64,000 bases of DNA from Verrucomicrobiota bacterium (GCA_030831965.1 JAURJZ010000080.1:60819-124818), one strand, 5' to 3'. Positions 17,486-26,508 are shown, counted from the stretch's first letter. Numbers and translations: made by a program. The notes: generated from the letters alone by a model not told the origin.

Positions 17486-18324
17486 ACTCGCCCCTGCTCA
17501 ACCTGCTCTGGGAAACCCTGCAGTGGGGCTTCCTGCCGTCCCTCGTCCTCTTCGCGCTGACCTGGGTCGCGGCCAAGGTCCTGGATAACTGGTCGATCGT
17601 GGACACGGTGTGGTCCTACGGCTTCGCGATTCTCATCGCCCTGCCCTTCGCGGTCGGCGCGGCCGCCTCGGGCTGGGCCTCGCTGCCCGACCGATGGATG
17701 GACGAACCCCTGCTCTGGCTGTCGGTCGCGATGGGGCTCTGGAGCCTGCGGCTGGGCACCCACCTGGCCATCCGCACCTTCCGCCACCTCGGCGAGGAGG
17801 ACGGGCGCTACCTGAAGATGCGCGAGGTGCACGGCGCGCGCATGCCCTGGAAGATGGCGGTTTTCTATTTCCAGCAGGCGATCGCGCTGACGGTGCTGAT
17901 GCTGCCCTTCTACGCCGCGGGCACCGACGCCGAGGGCCAGCGCGCGGGCGCGGTCCACGTGGCGGGACTCGTCCTCTTCCTCGCCGGACTGGCCTTCGAG
18001 GCGACCGGCGACGCCCAGCTGGCGCGCTTCAAGGCCGACCCGGCGAACCGCAGCAAGGTCTGCGATGTCGGCCTCTGGGCCTGGACCCGGCACCCGAACT
18101 ACTTCGGCGAGTTCCTCATCTGGCTGGGCTTCGCCCTGCTCAGCTTCACGCCCAACCTGATGGGCGTGCCGGGGCTGCTTTGCGCGGGGACCATCCTTTA
18201 CCTGGTGACGAACGTGACGGGCATCCCGCTGACCGAGCAGCAGCTGCTGACCTCCAAGGGCGACGCCTACCGCGATTACCAGCGCCGTGTCGCGGCGTTC
18301 TGGCCGCGCCCGCCCCGCGGCTGA
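17482..18324 (+). CDS. DUF1295 family membrane protein (steroid-5-alpha-reductase/ICMT-like fold)
   Basis: VCDVGLWAWTRHPNYFGEFLIWLGFAL motif. ATGA overlap with the upstream gene at 17482-17485. Confidence 0.8.
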   Translation: MNSPLLNLLWETLQWGFLPSLVLFALTWVAAKVLDNWSIVDTVWSYGFAILIALPFAVGAAASGWASLPDRWMDEPLLWLSVAMGLWSLRLGTHLAIRTFRHLGEEDGRYLKMREVHGARMPWKMAVFYFQQAIALTVLMLPFYAAGTDAEGQRAGAVHVAGLVLFLAGLAFEATGDAQLARFKADPANRSKVCDVGLWAWTRHPNYFGEFLIWLGFALLSFTPNLMGVPGLLCAGTILYLVTNVTGIPLTEQQLLTSKGDAYRDYQRRVAAFWPRPPRG

Positions 18325-18376
18325 CCCGCCGGGCCCGGGTTGTCGCGGCCGGCGCGAACGAGTCCGAGGCCCGACC

Positions 18377-19300
18377 TCAGGCGAGGGCGACCTCGCAGGA
18401 CCAGGCGGCGGTCGCGCGGGGCTCGACCCAGCGGAGCCCCTTGCCGTGGGTGGGGCTGTTGGGCGCGCCCATCCAGGGCTCGACGCAGAAGAAGGGCGAC
18501 TCGGGGGCCTCGGTCCAGGTGACGACCATGGCCCACTCGTCGGGGATGGGCTCCTCGCCGACGCGGATGAGGATGTCCTCCTCGCCGGACCTGGGCCCGA
18601 AGCGGAGCTCGGAGGAGCGGAGGCCGGCGAAGAGGCAGTCGAGCAGGCGGGGGTCGTCGAACGTCGCCTCGGTGACGCCCTTCATCTCGGCGAAGGGCAC
18701 GAGCTTGCCGTCGGCCGCGTGGCGCCAGGCCTTGCGGGCGGGGATGGCGAGGCGGTAGTCGCCGCGGCGGAGGCCCTTGTGCCAGGGCAGCGTGAAGTAG
18801 AAATGGTGGCCGGGGCACCAGGGAATGCGGACGGCCTCGCGGTTCTCGAGCTCGAGCGTGACGCGGAGGCGGAGCTCGTGGAAGTCGTAGCGCACGCGAA
18901 AGGCGTGGGCGTAGGGATAGGCGGCGCGGTCGGCCTCGGTCGGGCGGAGCTCGGCGACAAAGCCGGCGCCGGAAGCCTCGATGAGGTCGAAGGCGCCGTC
19001 GCGGGCGAAGCCGTGGTGGGGCATGGGACGCCGCGCGCCCTCGGGGTCCTTCCAGGCGAACTTCTCGCCGTCGGCGTAGGTTCGACCCATGAAGGGGAAG
19101 AGGATGGGGTTGCCGCCGCGGACAGTGGCGAGGGCCGCGGGATCGAGCTCGGACGGCCAGTGGAGCACCTCGCGGCGGCCGGACGGCAGGTCGAGCCTCC
19201 AGCGCATCAGGCGCGCGCCGCGGGTGGGGCAGGCCTCGAAGGTCGAGGCGCCCGCGCGCCAGCGCAGGCAGGGCAGCCCGTGTTCCTCGAACCGCTCCAT
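18377..19300 (-). CDS. Aldose 1-epimerase (mutarotase-fold) family protein
   Basis: Start MERFEEHGLPCLRW (19300). GGNPILFPFMGRTY and PHHGFARDGAF are typical of YeaD/aldose-epimerase-like proteins. Starts 2 nt after the upstream methyltransferase stop. Confidence 0.75.
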   Translation of the reverse strand: MERFEEHGLPCLRWRAGASTFEACPTRGARLMRWRLDLPSGRREVLHWPSELDPAALATVRGGNPILFPFMGRTYADGEKFAWKDPEGARRPMPHHGFARDGAFDLIEASGAGFVAELRPTEADRAAYPYAHAFRVRYDFHELRLRVTLELENREAVRIPWCPGHHFYFTLPWHKGLRRGDYRLAIPARKAWRHAADGKLVPFAEMKGVTEATFDDPRLLDCLFAGLRSSELRFGPRSGEEDILIRVGEEPIPDEWAMVVTWTEAPESPFFCVEPWMGAPNSPTHGKGLRWVEPRATAAWSCEVALA

Positions 19301-19302
19301 GG

Positions 19303-20331
19303 TCAGCGCACGAGGCGGTAGTGGCAGACCATCCACTCGCCGGTCCGGTAGTTCCAAAGCTCGGCGCAGGCCATGAAGAAGATGCGCCAGTAGGCGAGCC
19401 ACTTGCGCTCGTCGCCCGCCGGGTAGGTGCGGCGGAAGATCTCGAGGACGCGCTCCCGGTGGCGGTCGGCGGCCTCGAGCCAATGCTCGGAGGTCTGGCC
19501 GTAGTGGCGGCCGGGCACCTCCCAGCGGGCCTCGAGGCGGAGGTCGTCCTGGAATCGGCCGAGCAGGCAGTTGGAGGGCATGATGCCGCCGGTGAAGAAG
19601 TGGCGCGACATCCAGTCGGAGCCGTCCTTGCTCTCGAAGTGGTAGGGGGCGTCGCGGTGGGTGAAGACGTGGATGAAGCACTTGCCGCCGGGCCGGAGCC
19701 AGGCGGAGACGCGGCGGAGGAGCTCGGCCCAGTTCTTCATGTGCTCGAACATCTCGACGGAGACGACGCGGTCGTAGCCGGGCTCGGCGGGGGCGAAGCG
19801 GTTCATGTCGCAGGTGACGACCTCGACGTTGCGGAAGCCCTTGGCCCGGCAGACGCCCTCGATGTGGGCGCGCTGCGTGGCGGAGTTGGAGACGGCGGTG
19901 ATGCGGGCGGACGGGTATTTCTCCGCCATCCAGAGGGTGAGCGAGCCCCAGCCGCAGCCGAGCTCGAGGATGCGCTGGCCGTCGGCCAGCTCGGCGCGGC
20001 GGCAGGAGAGGGCGAGCATGGCCTCCTCGGCCTCGGCGAGGGTCTCCTTGCCGGTCTCGTACCAGGCGCAGGAGTACTTGAGGCGGGGGCCGAGGCAGAG
20101 CTGGTAGAACTCGGTGGGCACCTCGTAGTGCTGGGCGTTGGCCGCCTTGGTCTCGATGGCGACGGGGAGGGTGCGGAGCTCGGCCGCGAACGCGGCGGCG
20201 CGCGCCTCGCGGGCCCCGGGGGAGGCGGCGCGCTCGTCGCGGATCCTCCGGCGGAGGAGGCGGCGGATACCCCAGCGGAGAACGGAGTCCGGGAGGATGT
20301 CCCAGCCGAGGAGTCGGTCCATGAAGGCCAT
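19303..20331 (-). CDS. CMAS/CFA-synthase family SAM-dependent methyltransferase (second copy)
   Basis: [27 protein letters not shown] motif [16 protein letters not shown], and VSVEMFEHM. Confidence 0.9.
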   Translation of the reverse strand: MAFMDRLLGWDILPDSVLRWGIRRLLRRRIRDERAASPGAREARAAAFAAELRTLPVAIETKAANAQHYEVPTEFYQLCLGPRLKYSCAWYETGKETLAEAEEAMLALSCRRAELADGQRILELGCGWGSLTLWMAEKYPSARITAVSNSATQRAHIEGVCRAKGFRNVEVVTCDMNRFAPAEPGYDRVVSVEMFEHMKNWAELLRRVSAWLRPGGKCFIHVFTHRDAPYHFESKDGSDWMSRHFFTGGIMPSNCLLGRFQDDLRLEARWEVPGRHYGQTSEHWLEAADRHRERVLEIFRRTYPAGDERKWLAYWRIFFMACAELWNYRTGEWMVCHYRLVR

Positions 20332-20379
20332 GGGAGGACGGTGGGGGCTGGGGAGGGATTAGGCAACCCGGCGCGGGAC

Positions 20380-20406
20380 AAAAAAAGACCCGCCCGAAGG
20401 CGGGTC
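20380..20406 (-). terminator. Rho-independent terminator downstream of the small lipoprotein gene
   Basis: Minus-strand hairpin GACCCGCC-TTCG-GGCGGGTC followed by a run of 7 T (plus strand aaaaaaa at 20380-20386). Confidence 0.8.
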
Positions 20407-20428
20407 CGGGGGCGCCGCGCCGAGCGGC

Positions 20429-20644
20429 TTACTTGCGGCGAACCTCGCCGAGGGGCAGCTTGCCCTTGGCGGGAACGGACGCGGGCGCGGCGGGCGCGGC
20501 CGGGGTGGCGGGAACGGTGGGGGTCGCGGGAACGACCGCGGGGGCGTTCAGATCCTCGACGCCGCTCGAGCTGGGGGGCTCGGTGGGGGAGGTGCAGCCG
20601 GCGAGGGTGATGAGGCCGGCGAGGAGGAACAGGTTGCGTGCCAT
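20429..20644 (-). CDS. Small Pro/Ala/Thr-rich lipoprotein
   Basis: MARNLFLLAGLITLAGC lipobox. 71 aa. Followed by a strong terminator. Confidence 0.65.
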   Translation of the reverse strand: MARNLFLLAGLITLAGCTSPTEPPSSSGVEDLNAPAVVPATPTVPATPAAPAAPASVPAKGKLPLGEVRRK

Positions 20645-20680
20645 GGGATGCGGGTTCAGGTTGGAGCCCCCTTGATAGCC

Positions 20681-21142
20681 ATGCCCGAGCCGCGCACAAG
20701 CGCAGATTCGCCGCCGCTGGTGCTGTTTATCTGCACGGGCAACTACTACCGGAGCCGCCACGCCGAGGCCGTGCTGAACTGGCGGGCCCGGGGGCTGGGC
20801 CGGGCCGTCCGGGCCTTCTCCCGGGGCCTGCTGACCTCCCTGGTGGCGGACGAGCCCACCCCCCTCTCGCCCCACACGGCCGCACGGCTAGGCGAGCTGG
20901 GCATCCCGGCGGACCTCACGGCGCCGTCGCCCCGGCAGCTGGCGGAGGAGGACCTGCGGCGGGCGCACCTCACGGTGGCGCTCCGGCGGGGCGAGCATCG
21001 CAAGCTGATGCTGAGGGAGCACCCGGAGTGGGCGGACCGGATCGAGTACTGGGACGTGGAGGACATCGACGAGGGGCCGCCCGACCGGGCCTTGGCGAGG
21101 ATCGAGGACGAGGTGGAGCGCCTGCTGCGGCGCTACGCCTGA
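20681..21142 (+). CDS. Low-molecular-weight protein-tyrosine phosphatase / ArsC-like family protein
   Basis: VLFICTGNYYRSR, the CX5R(S) P-loop, at the N-terminus. 153 aa from the ATG at 20681. Confidence 0.8.
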   Translation: MPEPRTSADSPPLVLFICTGNYYRSRHAEAVLNWRARGLGRAVRAFSRGLLTSLVADEPTPLSPHTAARLGELGIPADLTAPSPRQLAEEDLRRAHLTVALRRGEHRKLMLREHPEWADRIEYWDVEDIDEGPPDRALARIEDEVERLLRRYA

Positions 21143-21783
21143 GCCGCCGACCAGCGCGCGACCAGCTCCGCCTGCTCGGCCTCCGCCAGGGGCCAGCCGG
21201 GATGGGAGCGCATGCGGGTGGCGAGGGCGTGGAGGGCGATGCCGGCGAAGACGGCGAGGTTGAGGCTCTGGGCGAAGCCGCGCATGGGCACGCCGAAGCG
21301 GAGGTCGGCCATCTCCAGGGCGACGGGCGAGGCGCCGGCGAACTCGTTGCCGATGACGACGGCGAGGGGCTGGTCGACGGGCACGTCCTCGAGCGGCAGG
21401 GCGCCGGCGCCGAGATCGGCGACGGCCAGGCGGTAGCCCCGGGCGCGGAGCGACGCGAGCGCGCGGCGCGAGTTGTCGAGGGCGGCGGGCTCGCGGGCGA
21501 CAGCGGGCGGGTGGAGCCGGGCGGGGTCGGGGAAGCCGGCGCGGCGATGGCGGACGACGTCGAGCCAGCGGCCGGCGCCCATGGAGGTCTCGCCGTCCTC
21601 CTCGGCGGGCGAGCGGTTCTCGATGGCGTGGACCTCCTGGAGGCCGAGGGCGTCGCAGGTCCTCAGCAGGGCGCCGAGGTTGCGCGCCTTGTGCACGTCC
21701 TCGAGGGCGAGGACCAGCCGGCGCGTCCGGCCGGCCGCCGCGGCGCGCATGCGCTCGAGGCGGGCCGGGGTCGGGCCGGGCAT
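21133..21783 (-). CDS. SpoU/TrmH family RNA 2'-O-methyltransferase
   Basis: LVLALEDVHKARNLGALLRTCDALGLQEVH and LAVVIGNEFAGAS...VPMRGFAQSLNLAV (SPOUT motifs). Confidence 0.85.
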   Translation of the reverse strand: MPGPTPARLERMRAAAAGRTRRLVLALEDVHKARNLGALLRTCDALGLQEVHAIENRSPAEEDGETSMGAGRWLDVVRHRRAGFPDPARLHPPAVAREPAALDNSRRALASLRARGYRLAVADLGAGALPLEDVPVDQPLAVVIGNEFAGASPVALEMADLRFGVPMRGFAQSLNLAVFAGIALHALATRMRSHPGWPLAEAEQAELVARWSAAQA

Positions 21784-21793
21784 GGCCCGACGG

Positions 21794-22975
21794 TCAGGCG
21801 ACGGCGGGGTTCTCCGCGCCGCGCAGGTGGTCGAGGTGGGCGGCGGCCTCGCGGAAGAGGGCGCGCACCTCGTCGAGGGTCTCGCGGCCGACCTCGGCCT
21901 TCTGGGCCGCGGCCTCCTTGAGGGCCTCGGAGCGGCGGGCGAGGTCGTCGGCGATGGCGCGGACGGCCTCGATGGTGCGGGCCTTGAGCTCGCGCGTGCG
22001 CCCGTCGAGGCGGGCGACCAGGCGGTCGGTGTCGCTCGCGAGGACCTTGCTGCGCTCCTTGACCTCGGCGGCGAGGATGCGGGTGTCGGGCACGGTGCGG
22101 AGGTCGTCGGCGAGGCCGACCTTGGAGAGGGTCCAGATGATCCACTTGGTGGGGTCGTACTGCCAGGGCTTCACGCCGTTGCGGTAGTCGTGCTGGAACT
22201 CGTGGTGGTAGTTGTGGTAGCCCTCGCCGAACGTGAGGAGGGCGACGACGCCGCTGTCGCGCGCGCTGTGGCGGGTCGAGTAAGGGCGCCGGCCGATCAT
22301 GTGGCAGAGGGAGTTGATGCAGAAGGTGCCCTGCTGGACGACCACGGTGCGAAGGAGGCCGACGATGAGGAAGCAGGCGAGGGCGGTCTCGCCCGGGGTG
22401 CCGGTGACGAGGTGGCCGTAGGCACAGCCGAGGAGGGTGGGGATGACGAAGCCGACGATGACGGCGATGGTCTGCACGTGGCGGTGCTGCCACATGACGA
22501 GGGGGTCGGCCTCGAGGTCCTTGACGTTGGTGACCGGGGGCTTGGGCTTGAGGCGGAAGAGGAGCCAGCCGATGTGGGCGTAGAAGAAGCCCTTGGAGAT
22601 GTCGTAGGGATCCTCGTCCTCGTCGACGTGCTTGTGGTGGATGCGGTGGTCGGCCGACCAGTCGAGGGCCGAGTTCTCGAAGGAGGCGGCGCCGAAGAGG
22701 AGGGTGAAGAGCTTGACGGGCCAGCCCGCCTTGAAGGAGAGGTGGGAGAAGAGGCGGTGGTAGCCGAGGGTGATCCCGAAGCCGGTGGCGAAGTAGTAGA
22801 AGGTGAAGAGGGCCCAGACGAAGCCCCAGCCCAGGGAGACGTCCCAGTGGGTCCAGAGGAACCACGGCACGACGGTGAGGGAGGCCAGGGCGGTCCCGAT
22901 GAGGAACGCCGAGGTGACCCACTCGATCCGGTAGATGGGGAAGTTGCGGAAGTACAGCGACATGACAGCGGCCAA
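21794..22975 (-). CDS. Acyl-CoA (delta-9-type) desaturase with C-terminal coiled-coil extension
   Basis: Histidine boxes HRLFSH, HRIHHKHVD and HNYHHEF. About 100 extra C-terminal residues rich in A/E/R/L heptad-like sequence. Confidence 0.85.
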   Translation of the reverse strand: MAAVMSLYFRNFPIYRIEWVTSAFLIGTALASLTVVPWFLWTHWDVSLGWGFVWALFTFYYFATGFGITLGYHRLFSHLSFKAGWPVKLFTLLFGAASFENSALDWSADHRIHHKHVDEDEDPYDISKGFFYAHIGWLLFRLKPKPPVTNVKDLEADPLVMWQHRHVQTIAVIVGFVIPTLLGCAYGHLVTGTPGETALACFLIVGLLRTVVVQQGTFCINSLCHMIGRRPYSTRHSARDSGVVALLTFGEGYHNYHHEFQHDYRNGVKPWQYDPTKWIIWTLSKVGLADDLRTVPDTRILAAEVKERSKVLASDTDRLVARLDGRTRELKARTIEAVRAIADDLARRSEALKEAAAQKAEVGRETLDEVRALFREAAAHLDHLRGAENPAVA

Positions 22976-23030
22976 CCTACCGCGCGCGCGGGGCCTTTTC
23001 CAGCGTATAGTTGGGCCCCTCGGGCTGTAA

Positions 23031-23465
23031 TCAGCCGTTTTTCCTGCGCCAGGCGTTGCGCACCGCGAGGACGCGCACCGGCTCGCGCGTCTTCACCCAG
23101 ACATTGCGCTCCTTAAGCTGCTTGGAGGGAAGGCCTTGGCAGGCGTCGCCGAACGACGACAGAGGCAGCTTCCTGCCTCGCGGCGAGGAGTTGAATCTCT
23201 CCGCGGTCTCGCGGATGCGGTCCTCGGCGACGGTCGGGTTGTCGTCCGCCGGCACCTGGACGACCCAGCCCACGAGATCCCTGGGCAGGCCGCCCTCGGG
23301 CTCGCTGACGAGGACGACGTGGTGCTTCTTAACCGGCTTCTCGCGCTCGACCGCCTCGGCCTCGGCCTCCTGCTTGATCTCGTTGAGCAGCTCGGCGAGC
23401 TTGCGCGCGTCGATGCCGTTGCGCTGGAGGACGTCCTTGACGAGGTCGAGGGAGACTTTGGCCAT
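23031..23465 (-). CDS. Hypothetical protein (144 aa), no family recognised
   Basis: Only the coding-like 3' portion of the 1090-aa track ORF: MAKVSLDLVKDVLQRNGIDARKLAELLNEIKQEAEAEAVEREKP.... Normal amino-acid composition, unlike the upstream R/P/A-rich artefact. Confidence 0.5.
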   Translation of the reverse strand: MAKVSLDLVKDVLQRNGIDARKLAELLNEIKQEAEAEAVEREKPVKKHHVVLVSEPEGGLPRDLVGWVVQVPADDNPTVAEDRIRETAERFNSSPRGRKLPLSSFGDACQGLPSKQLKERNVWVKTREPVRVLAVRNAWRRKNG

Positions 23466-23555
23466 GGGACCGAGCCAAGGGGCGGGCGGGGCGGGAGGGA
23501 AGCGGGAATTGTTCCCAACCTTGCCCCGGGACCGAACGGCGGCCATGTTGGCGCA

Positions 23556-24149
23556 ATGGCGACCAAGGGTCAGGCCTGGGCGGAGGACCAGCGCGCGGCG
23601 CGCGTGGCGGAGCTGCGCGGGCGGCTGGCCGAGGCCGTCGGCGAGTCGGGCCCGCTGACCCTCGAGATCGGGTGCGGGCACGGGCATTGGCTGGTCGCCT
23701 ACGCCGAGGCGCACCCGGGGGAGCGGTGCCTGGGCATCGACCTGCTCGGGGAGCGGCTGCGGAAGTGCGAGGCGAAGCGGGGGCGGCGGGGGCTTGGCAA
23801 CGTCGCCTTCCTCAAGGCCGAGGCCTCCGAGCTGCTCGACGCGCTGCCGGGCGCGCCGCGGCTGGACAAGGTCTTCATCCTCTACCCCGATCCCTGGCCG
23901 AAGCGCCGGCAGACCCGCAAGCGCTTCCTCCAGGCGGCCAACCTCGACCGCTTGGCCAAGGCCGCGAGACCGGGCTGCCGGCTGGCTTTCCGGACCGACC
24001 ATGCGGACTATCACGACGCGGCGGGGCGGGCGCTGGCCGCCCATCCGGACTGGGAGTCGCTGGACGGGGAAGCCTGGCCGTTCGAGTCGCCGACCTTCTT
24101 CCAGGACCTGCTGCGGGACCGGCGCGACCACCAGGCGCGTCGCCGCTGA
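23556..24149 (+). CDS. trmB: tRNA (guanine46-N7)-methyltransferase
   Basis: LTLEIGCGHGHWLVAYA (SAM motif) and VFILYPDPWPKRRQTRKRF (TrmB signature). ATG at 23556, in frame with track ORF 23136..24149. Confidence 0.85.
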   Translation: MATKGQAWAEDQRAARVAELRGRLAEAVGESGPLTLEIGCGHGHWLVAYAEAHPGERCLGIDLLGERLRKCEAKRGRRGLGNVAFLKAEASELLDALPGAPRLDKVFILYPDPWPKRRQTRKRFLQAANLDRLAKAARPGCRLAFRTDHADYHDAAGRALAAHPDWESLDGEAWPFESPTFFQDLLRDRRDHQARRR

Positions 24150-24191
24150 GCCGGGGCTTGCCCCCCGCGGGCCGTCCGCCGATGGTGCGGC

Positions 24192-25631
24192 ATGGCCAAG
24201 GCCCTTCCGCGCCAGACGAAGATCATCGCCACGCTCGGGCCGGCGTCCGAGTCGCCCGAGACGCTCGACGCGCTGCTGCAGGCCGGAGTCGACGTGGTCC
24301 GGCTGAACATGGCGCACGCCGACGAGGCTTGGGTGAGGACGGTCACGGCCCGCGTGCGCGAGGCCGGCGACAAGGCCGGGCGGCCGGTGGCGGTGATGAT
24401 GGACGTCAAGGGGCCGGAGATCCGGACGGGCGCGCGCGCCACCCCCCTGCCCCTCGCCGTGGGCCAGGCGGTGGACGTGTCCGGCCCCGACGCCGCGCCG
24501 GCCGAGGGCGTGGAGCTGATCCCGACCAACTACCCGCCCATCGTCGGGGCGCTCGGCGCGGGCGGGCTCGTGCTGGTGGACAACGGCCTGATCCAGCTGC
24601 GCGTCACCGCGCGCCGCAAGGACCGGCTGCGCTGCGCGGTGGAGCAGCCGGGCACGCTGGGCAGCCGGCGCCACATCAACCTGCCCGGGGTCAAGGTGGA
24701 GCTGCCGGCGCTCACCGACAAGGACCGCCGCGACGTGGCCCTGGGCTGCTCGGTGGGCGTCGACCTCTTCGCCCTCTCCTTCGTGCGCGAGGCCGCCGAC
24801 GTGGCCGCGCTGCGCGCCCTCCTCCAGGAGCACGGCTCGCGGGCGGGCATCGTGGCGAAGATCGAGGACCAGTCGGCGGTCGACCAGCTCGGGTCGATCA
24901 TCACGGAGTCGGACGGCCTGATGGTCGCCCGCGGGGACCTCGGGATCGAGATCCCCTACGAGACCCTGCCGCTGGTGCAGCGGCGGGCCGTCGCCCTCTG
25001 CCAGGCGGCGCGCAAGCCGGTCATCGTCGCCACGCACATGCTGGAGTCGATGATCAGCAACCCGGTCCCGACCCGGGCCGAGGTCTCGGACATCGCCAAC
25101 GCCGTGGCGGAGTCGACCGACGCGCTGATGCTCTCGGGCGAGACCACGACGGGCAAGCACCCCGTGAAGTGCGTCGAGGTGATGTCCCGCATCGCCGCCG
25201 CGGTCGAGCGCGACCGGCCGCCCGCCATGACGCCCGAGCCCGCGGCCGACACGCCCAAGGCCAAGCTGCTCCGGGCGGCGGCCACGCTGGCCGGCGACCT
25301 CGGCAACGCCGGCATCGTCGTCTTCACCCGCAACGGCGACCTGCCGCGCGTCCTCGCCTCGATGCGCGCGGCGGGCTGCCCGATCCACGCCTTCGCGGAG
25401 GAGGCGGTCATCGCGCGGCGCATGCGGCTGCTCTGGGGCGTCGAGCCGCACGTGCTCGCCTTCCGCGAGGGCGCCGAGGCGACCATCGAGGCCGCCCTCT
25501 CGCGCCTGCGCGACCGCGGCCTCTGCCTGCCCGGGGAGCTGATGGTGATCGTGACCAACGTCATCCTCGGCGAGGGCATCATCGACAGCATCCAGCTGCG
25601 CAGCGTGCCGCCGCTGCCCGCCGCCGGCTGA
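24192..25631 (+). CDS. pyk: Pyruvate kinase
   Basis: TKIIATLGPASESPETL..., MVARGDLGIEIPYETLP, and MLSGETTTGKHPVKCV. Confidence 0.95.
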   Translation: MAKALPRQTKIIATLGPASESPETLDALLQAGVDVVRLNMAHADEAWVRTVTARVREAGDKAGRPVAVMMDVKGPEIRTGARATPLPLAVGQAVDVSGPDAAPAEGVELIPTNYPPIVGALGAGGLVLVDNGLIQLRVTARRKDRLRCAVEQPGTLGSRRHINLPGVKVELPALTDKDRRDVALGCSVGVDLFALSFVREAADVAALRALLQEHGSRAGIVAKIEDQSAVDQLGSIITESDGLMVARGDLGIEIPYETLPLVQRRAVALCQAARKPVIVATHMLESMISNPVPTRAEVSDIANAVAESTDALMLSGETTTGKHPVKCVEVMSRIAAAVERDRPPAMTPEPAADTPKAKLLRAAATLAGDLGNAGIVVFTRNGDLPRVLASMRAAGCPIHAFAEEAVIARRMRLLWGVEPHVLAFREGAEATIEAALSRLRDRGLCLPGELMVIVTNVILGEGIIDSIQLRSVPPLPAAG

Positions 25632-25635
25632 GCCC

Positions 25636-26508
25636 TCAGGCGCCGAGGCGGGAGAAATAGAGGCGGGCCAGGACCTGCGTGCCCAGGTCGGCGTCGCCGG
25701 CCCGCTCGACCTCGGCGTAGAGGCGCGCGGCCAGCCGGAGCCCGGGGAGCTCCGCCCCCGAGGCCTGGGCCGCGGCAAGGGCGAGGCCGAGGTCCTTCGT
25801 GAAGTGGCGGACGTGGAAGCCCGGGGCGAAGTCGCCCTTGAGCACGCGCGGGGCGAGGTTGGAGAGACCCCAGCTGCCGGCGGCGCCGCCCGAGATGGAC
25901 TCGAGGACGGCGGCGGCGTCGAGCCCGGTCGCCCGGGCGAAGGCGAGCGCCTCGCAGACCGCGACCATGCCCGAGGCGACGGCCACCTGGTTGGCCAGCT
26001 TGCAGAGCTGGCCGGCGCCCGGCCCCCCTTGGAGCACGAGGGTCTTGCCGAGGACGGCGAGCAGCGGCCGGGCCTGCGCGAAGCCGGCCGGCGAGCCGCC
26101 GACCATGATGGAAAGGGTGGCCTCCCGCGCGCCGCGGTCGCCGCCCGAGACCGGGGCGTCGAGCGCCTCGGCGCCCTTGGCCGCGGCCTCGGCGGCGAGG
26201 ACGCGGGCGAGCGCGGGGTCGGAGGTGGTGAGGTCGACGAGCAGCTGGCCCGGCCGGGCGACGCGGAGGAAGCCGCTCGGGCCGCGCCAGACCTCGTCGA
26301 CATCGGAGGGGTGGCCGACCATGGACAGGGCGGCGTCGGCGCCGTCCGCGGCGGCGGCGGACGTCTCGGCCCAGCGGGCGCCGGCGGCGAGGAGCGGCTC
26401 GGCCTTGGCCCGGGTGCGGGTGTGGACGCGGACCTCGTGCCCGGCGGCGAGCAGGTGGCCCGCCATGGAACGCCCCATCACCCCGGTGCCGACAAACGCG
26501 ATGCGCAT
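25636..26508 (-). CDS. NAD(P)-dependent 3-hydroxyisobutyrate/2-hydroxy-3-oxopropionate dehydrogenase family oxidoreductase
   Basis: MRIAFVGTGVMGRSMAGHL Rossmann N-terminus. APVSGG and KLANQ motifs of the HIBADH family. Confidence 0.85.
   Translation of the reverse strand: MRIAFVGTGVMGRSMAGHLLAAGHEVRVHTRTRAKAEPLLAAGARWAETSAAAADGADAALSMVGHPSDVDEVWRGPSGFLRVARPGQLLVDLTTSDPALARVLAAEAAAKGAEALDAPVSGGDRGAREATLSIMVGGSPAGFAQARPLLAVLGKTLVLQGGPGAGQLCKLANQVAVASGMVAVCEALAFARATGLDAAAVLESISGGAAGSWGLSNLAPRVLKGDFAPGFHVRHFTKDLGLALAAAQASGAELPGLRLAARLYAEVERAGDADLGTQVLARLYFSRLGA

Noticed and set aside
23466-26303. Upstream 945 aa of the 1090-aa minus-strand ORF 23031..26303; also 25799..29188 (1129 aa), 1912..4455 (847 aa), 5302..7455 (717 aa), 51872..54010 and 51965..54778 extensions, and similar.
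   Set aside because: These overlap, antisense or out of frame, well-supported genes (trmB, pyk, HIBADH, xseA, tlyA, argH, phosphomutase). They have extreme Arg/Pro/Gly/Ala composition. Only the segments with normal composition and recognisable starts were kept (23031-23465, 54011-54715, 51965-53908).
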